Shown: one piece after another, positions 52,185-60,624 of the stretch
Numbering within the stretch: position 1 is the first letter of the stretch
Layout of the letters: the number at the start of each line of letters is the position of its first letter
DNA from: Girardia tigrina
Lineage: Eukaryota
NCBI GenBank assembly: GCA_001938485.1
Contig: MQRK01169544.1
Span: forward strand, 3,653-64,276
Length of the DNA stretch: 60,624 nt
Direction: 5' to 3'
The notes under the pieces: generated by a model
The model's input: only the letters and a program-made list of their open reading frames with translations
What the model was told of the DNA's origin: nothing
The model's database searches: none
Translations under genes and position numbers: made by a program

Positions 52185-52415
52185 GGTCATCGATCTTGGC
52201 TTCATCGATTTATTATCGGTCGATTGCCGATGGAATTCGAACGGAAACCCGTCGATCCCGATCATCGAAAATATCTGATCGTTAAAATCGAAATACAAAT
52301 TATCGAACAGTCGGAGTCTGTGGGCGAAACGTTTGAACGGGGCGGACGAGATAATTTACGCGATCGATATCGGTGACACCGGTCACCTCACTCCCGATCA
52401 CCTGTCTCTTCGCTA
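52185..52415. other. CpG-rich island rich in ATCG/CGAT, unassigned
   Basis: High CpG density in AT-rich flanks; no recognisable protein in any frame. Confidence 0.35.
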
Positions 52416-52479
52416 AAGAACAAAGAATCGTATATGCATTAGTTCTACAAGTACTAATAGCCTTAGATATTTTTTATCA

Positions 52480-52745
52480 GGAAAGACGGAGTAACCAAAT
52501 GGAAACGTATTAGCATACCACTCAAAGAAACGCAAACAAAAACATTCGTCGTATCAATGGAGAAACAACCTCCTACACTACTCACGTCTCTCATTCATAG
52601 TACCTCTAATGTCATCTTCTACTACTCTGCTCTTCATCCTAAACTACACGAACATCTCAACTGTCTGTTGCATCAAGTGTCAAAAGTGTGTTTGTGGAAA
52701 ACATAGCAACGGCCCGAAGACTGTGTATGTTAACTGCATCTCATG
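52480..52745 (+). mobile_element. Internally deleted piggyBac remnant
   Basis: GKDGVTKW and a C-terminal CIKCQKCVCGKH Cys-rich motif. Confidence 0.45.
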
Positions 52746-53580
52746 CAAAATATTTGTTCAATGAGAAGTAACCTAACCAAACACTTTATAAATAAATTAA
52801 TATTTGTTCAATTAATAAAAATTTATGTTTAGATTTTAGGCTTGGTGAAAATGAAAGTAATTAGAGATTGTATTAAAAATTTAACTATTTTTTTATCAAT
52901 CAATCGGAGTTACTATCAATTGATCGGAACTACATTACAACATTAGATATTAAAAATGATTGATTTTTTATACGTAAATTTAAATCAATAATTGTTAAGC
53001 GTCATTTAAATTTTAATATTAGGATCATTATTTTTGAAATGTCATTATTTTTTGAAATATTTGATATTCGATTTAATTTATCGAATTCTCGTATAATAAT
53101 ATGACGTTTTTAAAGTTGAGTTTTTTTTAAATGTGTCATGCATAAATTTTATTTTAAAATGACAATTATGAAATTTTCATAATTTTTGTTGACATTAAAA
53201 TACCACAATTAAACATTATTCGCGCTAATAACTAACATACTTAAAATTTTATATTTTAACTTATTATTTAACAATTTATTTTTGAAATTTAAAGACAATT
53301 TCAATCCTAAAGAAAATAGTAGTTATCATTAAATATTATATAATAATTATTTTCGGAAATAAAAATATCGTACACCGAAAATCCTATTAGAAAATTATGC
53401 AACAAATAGTATTACAATTATTCAACAATATTTCAATTAAAAAATCAAATTAATGATTTGTTTAAATTTTCAATTTCCAAATTCAACACAATTTGAATAT
53501 CAATGTTTATCTTGTTGGAACTTATTACAAATTGATCGAATTGATAATTGGTATTAATAACTGTGGATTGTCGAATCACT

Positions 53581-55282
53581 ATGGGACAATATTTCACTCG
53601 TTTGTCGTATTACGAGAGACATGACAGCGACCGACACGGTGACAAGTTCCAGGACCTCACAACTTTGCCGCCTGAATTGAGTCTCGCGATTCTCTCCAAT
53701 TTGAATGCCACTGATTTATGTCTGGCAGGATGCGTGTGGAGAGAGTTGGCGCACGATGAGATGTTGTGGAAAGGGTTCGGAATTATGTCTCTATTTATAT
53801 ATTTTCTGCCAAATTCACGAATTAGGCAAAACTTAAAATATTTTTTCATTGAATTAGGAAATTAATGTTAAAAATATCTGCATTTAATATGAATAATTGT
53901 TTGAAAAATACAAACGTTCAATTCAGCTTGCCTCCAAGAAAAATGTAACTATGAATAAAAATTTTACATTTTGAGTCTATTTGACATAATTAATTGAGAT
54001 TTTTTCTTATCATATTTATAATAAATATTATTTAATAAATATTTTTAATTGAGAAATTTTCATATTAAATTGAAAATTGTTCATATAGTCAGGAACAAAT
54101 CGAAATAGTTCATGAATTCGGCAAGTACACCGATTGAGCTCGCATTCAAAATTTAAACTCTTGACAAAAAACTTTATGAAATGTGTTGTCTTGCATTCTC
54201 GGCGCACGTGGCCCGTTTCCCCACATGCGTAACATGTGATTTTCCTTTCTCGCTTACATTCACTGCTTCTTTACAGTTCTAACATGTGTTGCTTTTCCGT
54301 AAAGGAGGTCGTCTCTCAAATGTTTCCGTTTCCCTCATTTAATTTCCTGCTGTGCTTTCTCTTTTTACCGCTTCCCTATATGTTGATCTTACCGCATGAA
54401 TCGGTTTTTCCTATCTCCGGATTTCATCCACTTTCTTTATCACGTTCTTTATTTCCGGTATCTTCTTTATCTCCCTGAATTTAATCTCCTTTTTCACATC
54501 GCTATCCTTTGATCCGTGAATTAGAATACATCTCTCTATTTCCTCCTTTGTCCATTGATGTTTTATTAATTTCTCTGCTAATTTACTTGCTTCAGCAAAG
54601 TACTCTTCTACCGATTCTGCAGTCCTCTCGAAATTTAAGACCTCTCCTAAGTCTTCCATCAATGTGCTTTTCTTTAGAAAGGCTTCTCGAAGTCGGGATT
54701 CATATCATTTTATATCCACAGATACACTTTCATATATTGGTATTAACTCGTGGGATAATAAATATATCACCAATATTTCTTGAATATTCTCCAGAATCTT
54801 TGCTATCTTGAAATATCGAGCACAAGCCAATATGAAAGTTTCGACATTGTCCTGTCTCCGATATCTTTCCGGTAGAAGTCTCGAAACCAACTGTTCCGAG
54901 CTGCTGGCTGTAGTCACCAAAGCTCCTAACAACACCATTTCAGCTAACTGTTGCCGATTTCACGAATTCAGCATAACATATTGTATTGAAAAGATTTTTA
55001 TTTTTAACACCGATCAAAATTCGTAAAGACACAACTGGAATATTATCGAATTGATTCAGTTTAACGAATGTCAATTTCCATTTTTATAACGCGCACCGTT
55101 ATCTATAAAAATGTTAAATTTTGTCAAAATATTAACTGTGAATCCTGTACCTGTGATAACGATGTATACCTCTTAGGGTTATCACTATGCCTGCTATGCG
55201 CGTTATCTATACATAAAAAGGGATTCCAAAAAGTAAGAGCTGCGCGTTATACAATAGGTGCACGTTATCTACCGGAAAATAC

Positions 55283-55323
<41 letters not shown>

Positions 55324-58300
55324 AAAATGAAGAAAAACGCCATTTAAAAAGTTTTTTAATTTCGCAAAACATGTTTCGCCATTACTGCATCATCAGTTGT
55401 GAAGCAAATTTCAAATTACAAGTCATTTATATGGCGCATTGACTATTACGTAATTAATCTTTTCTTTAATTAATATTAAAAGATTTTAATATGATTGGAT
55501 AATTCACTTTGAAATCGAATCAGCGGGCAAGATTTTATTTTTGGATGTATTAATTGAAAGAAAATCGAAGGGCTATGAAACTGAAATATTTCGAAAGAGT
55601 ACTGACACGGGTTTATACAATAATCCTATGAGTTTCTGTGATCCCAAGTACAATAAAAATATGGTGAAAGGATTAATTCACAGAATATGGAATTTATCTT
55701 CTACGTTTTAAATTCCATTTTTTAAATTACTTTTCTAAAAACTTATGTAGATAAATTATTTGAACTTAATTATAAATATTCAAAAATTTAAAGTTCACCA
55801 AAAATTCCTAACAAAAATATTCACAGAAAATTATAATCAAAATGATATTATAAACTATCTAAAATGGTCATATAATCTGGAAATATAATATAATGTGTTT
55901 TTTACTCTTTTCGTTTTATTTCTCTTATTTTTTACATGTTGTTACGAATTTTAACTCTAAATATTTTGTCGATGGGCGCTTTTTTCGAGTTACCATTTAA
56001 GATATTGGATAATAATGGCAAAATGTTGACAAAAATTAATTAAAGGACAAAGTAAAGCCGTTTCAAATCTTAAAATCCTTAATTAAAATTAAAAACTGTT
56101 AAATTTTTTAAATCTTTCAGAATATGGTATTTTGATTTTTTGTTTGTACTCTTCAATGTTTTCTATGACATCCAAAGTACTGCTGCCAATCGATGACCAA
56201 CTGTCCCGAAATCGGTTTAATCGACAAAGTTTCTGAACATGACGATGGTTCCTTACAAAGTTTGAAAATGTCCAATAGTACAATTTCATGAACATAATCG
56301 CGACAAGCGAGATAAAGAAAACCTACTAACCAATGCTGCTTCAAATCCGGTACACTCACCTGTAATATTGCCGGTATTTAAAGCAGTTGTATCAAATCAC
56401 ATAGCTTTTATATACTTTTAAAGTACTATTCCTCAAGTATCTTCAATACAGCATTTCTCATTGTCTCTCCTGTCCCGGTGCTTATTCTGGGAACTCCAAG
56501 TAGTTGATCTACATTGACACCAGACACTAGAACTGCCAGCATGTATAGCACATCATGGCCAACAATATCAAGTAGTATTTTTCTGCCCCATTGATTCGTT
56601 AAATGAACTTCATTGGCTTCGGGATTGCTTGCAAATCACGCATTTCTCTCTTCTCTAATCTGACAATAAAATTTCATCCTGGCAGTTCGGATTGATTGTT
56701 GGTTGATTGCTAGTAACGACCTAGACTTTTGGCGGTCGTGACTAAAAGAAAAGGAGCCTTATGATCACTGACGTTCACCCTCTTGAAGGCTGAAGCTAAG
56801 CTTTATGATACAACACTGTGGAGTTGGATTTGCTTTGGTATTTTCTTAGTTGGGGATTCGTGTAGAAATGTTAGATCTTCATTTTCCCTTGACTCTGATA
56901 GAATCCCATTTGCTGCTGAATAACAGCCCAAGTGACTTCAGTTGATGCATCAGATAAAATTCTAGGTTTTTATCAATATTGCATAGAATTAAGAATCAAA
57001 TTAAAGGTGATCTTTTCTGACATTCGGAATATCTATCAAACAACTATTAGGTGTATAACTTAGTTTTTTGGATTTTTTTGCAGAACAGACAAGTTTATTT
57101 ATATGACATAATAAGTTTTATTCTAATCAAAATATTTTCCATCGTTATTTATGACTTTCGACCATCTTTCAGGCAAATTATGAATTCCATCGAAAAAAAA
57201 GTTTTGGTCTTTTGATGCGATCCATTGTTCCAGCCATTTTTTATATGTTCCTGGTTTCTGAAGTGCTGGTCCCAAAGAGCGCTTTGCATTGATCGGAACA
57301 GATGATAATCTGATGGGGCACAATCTGGTGAATAGGCAGCATGCAGTAGAATTTCCCATTTAAGTGCTTCCAACGTGTTTTTTACTCTTCTTGCGACATG
57401 TGGCCGAGCATTGTTATGGAGCAAAATCACTGTGCGCTGTTTGTTGGCTGGAATAGGACGTTTTTCCTTCAATGCATCGTTCAATTTCATTAACTGTTGT
57501 TGGTAACGTTCTGTATTAAAAGTTTCATTCGAATTCAGCAGCTCATAGTACAGTACACCTTTCTGATCCCACCAAATGCACAACATAACCTTGCTTCCAT
57601 GAATGTTTCTTTTTGCTGTTGACGTGGACTGTTCGCCGGGATGAACCCACAATTTCTTGCGTTTAGAGTTAACATAATAAATCAATTTTTCATCTCCAGT
57701 CACAATATTATGCAAAAACGACCATCTTCGTTGTCTTGTAAGCAGTGAATTGAATATCAGTAATCGACTTTCAATGTTGGCTTGATTCAATTCATGTGGT
57801 ATCAATTTTCCTTCTTTTTGAATCATTTTCATAGCATGTAGACGTTTACTTATGGCTGCTTGAGTAACATTTAACTGTTTTGCAAGCTCTTTCTTGGTTT
57901 GAGTAGAATCTTCCTTCAGTAATGATTCCAAATCTTCATCTTCGAATCTTTTTGGTTAACCGGAACGCTATTTGTTACTTATGTCGAAATCTCCACTTTT
58001 GAAACGTTTATACCAGTTCTCGCAAGTCTGTTGAGTTGGTGCATGTTGACCATAAGTTTCTTCAAGAAGCCGAAAACTGTCTGCATCTTTTTTCTTTTGA
58101 ATAAAGCAAAACAGTTGTGCTTCCCGCAAATGCTGTTTTGTTGGTATGAAAGTTGTCATGCTAAAACGTTATTAAAAATATGTTTATGACACATTTAAGG
58201 TCAATGACCTACTTAATGCCTCGATTTCAGTACTTTAAAAATCTGTACGTACGACTGTAAAATAATGCTTATTACAAAGGTTACACCATCTCTTAGAAAA

Positions 58301-58922
58301 TTCAAAAAACTAAGTTATACACCTAATATTTGGGGTTTCATAGTAGGAAATATTTCTTTTGGCGTATAAGGCGTAAAACATTCTTTCAACTGGTCATAAA
58401 AAACTCGCATTATTGTATGTGTAGATACCAACTACTTTTTAATTTTCAGCCCTTTTAAGTTCTTTTGGTACAGAGATGTTCAATGTGTTTTGTTTATATC
58501 TTCTGAAAATATAATTAAATATTTATGTATTTCATTTTAGAATGCGTAACAATGATTAAAATTTAAAGTAAATCTACAACATCTTCAACTATAAAAAAAT
58601 GAGTTTTTAAATTTAACAGAGGTTGTGTATCAGGAGGTTTAACGTTTACATGGTCAGAAATAGCATGAAATGATACAATTATTAAGTAAACATTTTCGTT
58701 TAAAATGAACTTATTCTAATTAATATTAACGTACTGTATGTAATTATTAGTTATATTTATGGAGTTCAAAGAAATTAAATTATATTTATATAAAGATTGT
58801 GTTTGCATTCGTGGCCGTACTGCAGCGCATATAAGCGGCACTTCGAATCAGACTTTTCTTTTCGGAAGACGTTTCTTTTGTTGGATGAGGCGTGCTTGAC
58901 TTTCAACGCGGATTCATTTGAG
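53581..58922 (+). CDS. FBXO8: F-box only protein 8 (F-box/Sec7), first two coding exons
   Basis: Exon 53581-53774 MGQ...LPPELSLAILSNLNATDLCLAGCVW...EMLWKG; exon 58796-58922 LC..SW..CSAY...FSFRK.FLLLDEACLTFNAD. Phase 2 matches. The remainder lies outside the window. Confidence 0.9.
54185..54940 (-). mobile_element. Ty3/Gypsy gag remnant
   Basis: Zinc knuckle ITCYACGETGHVRREC; N-terminal LLPERY...VETFI...RYF. Confidence 0.8.
55361..55403 (-). ncRNA. Minimal hammerhead ribozyme
   Basis: TTCACAA-CTGATGA-T-GCA-gtaat-GGC-GAAA-CATG-TT-TTGCGAA. Stem III palindrome ACATGT; stem I pairs at 6 of 7 positions. Confidence 0.75.
55500..55705 (+). mobile_element. Penelope-like reverse transcriptase fragment (thumb region)
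   Basis: FEIESAGKILFLDVLI...TEIFRKSTDTGLY...SFCDPKY...GLIHRIW. Confidence 0.85.
56080..57044 (-). mobile_element. hATm-like transposase remnant interrupted by a mariner
   Basis: LAVLVSG..QLLGVP, IKAM.FDTTALNTG and YLACRDYVHEIVL (FDTT / LACRHH family). Subfamily name is from memory. Confidence 0.6.
57047..58326 (-). mobile_element. Full-length 1280-bp Mos1-like (mauritiana) mariner, inactivated
   Basis: TA-flanked TIRs ttaggtgtataacttagttttttg; MTTFIPTKQH..RFKSGDFD. In-frame stops near 57968, HNNARP (D>N) and a 3' frameshift. Confidence 0.95.
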
Positions 58923-59340
58923 GTAATAAATAAGTAGAATTCAACTATTAATTATTATTTGATTAAATAAACTATTGAATATTTTCCTTAAAGCAATAGT
59001 AAAATACTCGAAATTGCAGTAATTTAATTGTTTGAAATTAAACTACTTTCACGTATATAATGTTTGTGCTTTGTGTTTCTTCACGTTATGTTAACGTTTT
59101 AAACAACCCTTTTAACTAATAATTAAACAATATCCCATTAAATAACTAATAAAATTTAAAAATAATTATATTACAAACCTAAAATCATACATAAGAACAA
59201 AACGATAAAATTGCTATATTTATTGATTCTAAATTATCGTTTTAGATATTGCTAAGTCCATCAAAATTACTTCAGTATTCTTTATTCACATTGAATAATT
59301 TCAGACAATTTTCTTTCTCTGCAATAGTAACAATTTGCTT

Positions 59341-60511
59341 GGTGTGCTCAATAAGTAGTGAGCCTAACATAAAAATAATAATCCGATTCCAATGCAATTT
59401 ATTTCTCATAACAAGCAAGTTATAAGGGTATCATTTCTCAAAGAAATCTCCATTCACACCAACACATTTTTTCCAGCGCACAACAAGGTTCAGAAAGACT
59501 TTTTTGGAGAATTTCGGTGGCTGTTGAGCCAAGAAATTTGAGACTGCATCCTTCAAGTCTTCTTTCGTAGCAAAATGTTGACCCCTGAGAGCTCGCTTGA
59601 GGTGGTTGAAGAGATGATAATCGGGTGGCGCCAGATCCGGGCTATATGGAGGGTGTGAGAGCAGGGTGAGGCCACAACCCTCAATTGATGACATTGACAG
59701 CCCACTTGTGTGGATGGGTGCATTGTCTTGCAAATAATATAACTCACAAACTCTGCTCTTCCTTCTCAGCTTTCTGGCATGTAGCACGAGCCGGGAGTAG
59801 TATTCACTGTTGATACGAACACCAGCTTCCGCAAAATCAACAAGGATCATTCCATTTGCATCCCAAAAAGTGGGGAGCATGAGAGCTTTTTTGTGAGAGA
59901 TTGATGTTCGCATCTTCTTCGAATACCCTCCCCTGGCAGCTTCCACTCTTGAGACTCACGTCTTGATTCTGAGACATAAAGGGCAAGTGGTGTTTCATCC
60001 ATTGTCATAATATTCTGTAAGAAGCGGTCTCCAATACGTTCATAGAGGTTTAAGTTTTTCTGGTAGCACATCAATCGCTGATCCTTCATGTTTGCTGTTA
60101 AAAACCGTGCAACGAAGCGTGAACACAATTTTATAATTCCAGTTTCCGCAAGCAGTGATTGTATGGTACCTGTGCTGACATTTAATCGCATTGTCAGTTC
60201 TCTGGTGGTGATTCGTCGCTCACACTGCACGATTTTCTTGAGTTTTTTCGCTATTTCTTCGCCAATTTCACGTGGCCAACCTGGCTTTTCTTCATCAAAA
60301 ACAGACGTTCGACTATCGTTTGACAGTAGATATGGATGGACTCTCTTCGCCATAAACAGAACTAAGCTCCACGAATATTTCTTCCCGGTTTTTCCCTTTC
60401 ATTAACAAGAAACGAATAACGCTTCGATATTACACGTTTTCCAATGACATTTTCGAATTTATGCGTTCTCTAACCTAAACACAAATAATAGATTAAAACA
60501 AATATCACAAA
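59341..60511 (-). mobile_element. Degenerate mariner, 5' end interrupted by the terminal element
   Basis: TMDETP, QDNAPIH and HPPYSPDLAPPDYHLF motifs with frameshifts; TIR-like ggtgtgctcaataagt. Confidence 0.92.
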
Positions 60512-60624
60512 TATTAGGTTGTTCGATATGAAACGGGTCAAACTTCACACCTTACATTTCAATCGCGTATAACTTAACTTTGAACTATCGTATGAAAATA
60601 AATAAGGTATTTCTTGACAGATAT
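60511..60624 (+). mobile_element. Terminus of a mariner-like element or foldback MITE (inverted copy of 1-112)
   Basis: TA-ttaggttgttcgatatgaaacgggtcaaac... Confidence 0.75.

Noticed and set aside
1-60624. Whole window as one giant TIR transposon (Polinton/Maverick-like)
   Set aside because: The mariner-type termini are on the inner side, no polymerase, capsid or ATPase genes are seen, and host genes run off both ends.

Overview
AT-rich animal (probably protostome) genomic scaffold with four N-gaps, many (TA)n tracts and a dense, layered set of mostly dead transposons. No prokaryotic, CRISPR, rRNA or tRNA features are seen. Three spliced host genes were reconstructed by hand on the + strand. 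(1) The 3' part of a Grd/8916-like GABA-A-type Cys-loop receptor (10927-21430; 5' exons not found). (2) A complete signal peptide-CUB-serine protease (32571-46908). (3) The first two exons of FBXO8 (53581-58922). Introns are either tiny (35-120 nt) or 2.9-6.7 kb and TE-filled. TE content includes mariner, Tc1, maT, pogo/Tc2, hAT, hATm-like, piggyBac MITEs, Zator, Ty3/Gypsy, RTE LINEs and Penelope-like elements. The most notable non-obvious signals are: four minimal hammerhead ribozyme motifs tied to Penelope-like remnants, two of them next to (TA)n; a degenerate HDV-like ribozyme at the 5' end of a TSD-flanked RTE LINE; a perfect 112-bp inverted repeat forming the two window ends; an unexplained hairpin-rich GC island; and a dispersed family of signal-peptide/Cys-rich gene relics. 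All calls come from manual reading and were not checked against databases. Boundaries of degenerate TEs are approximate.
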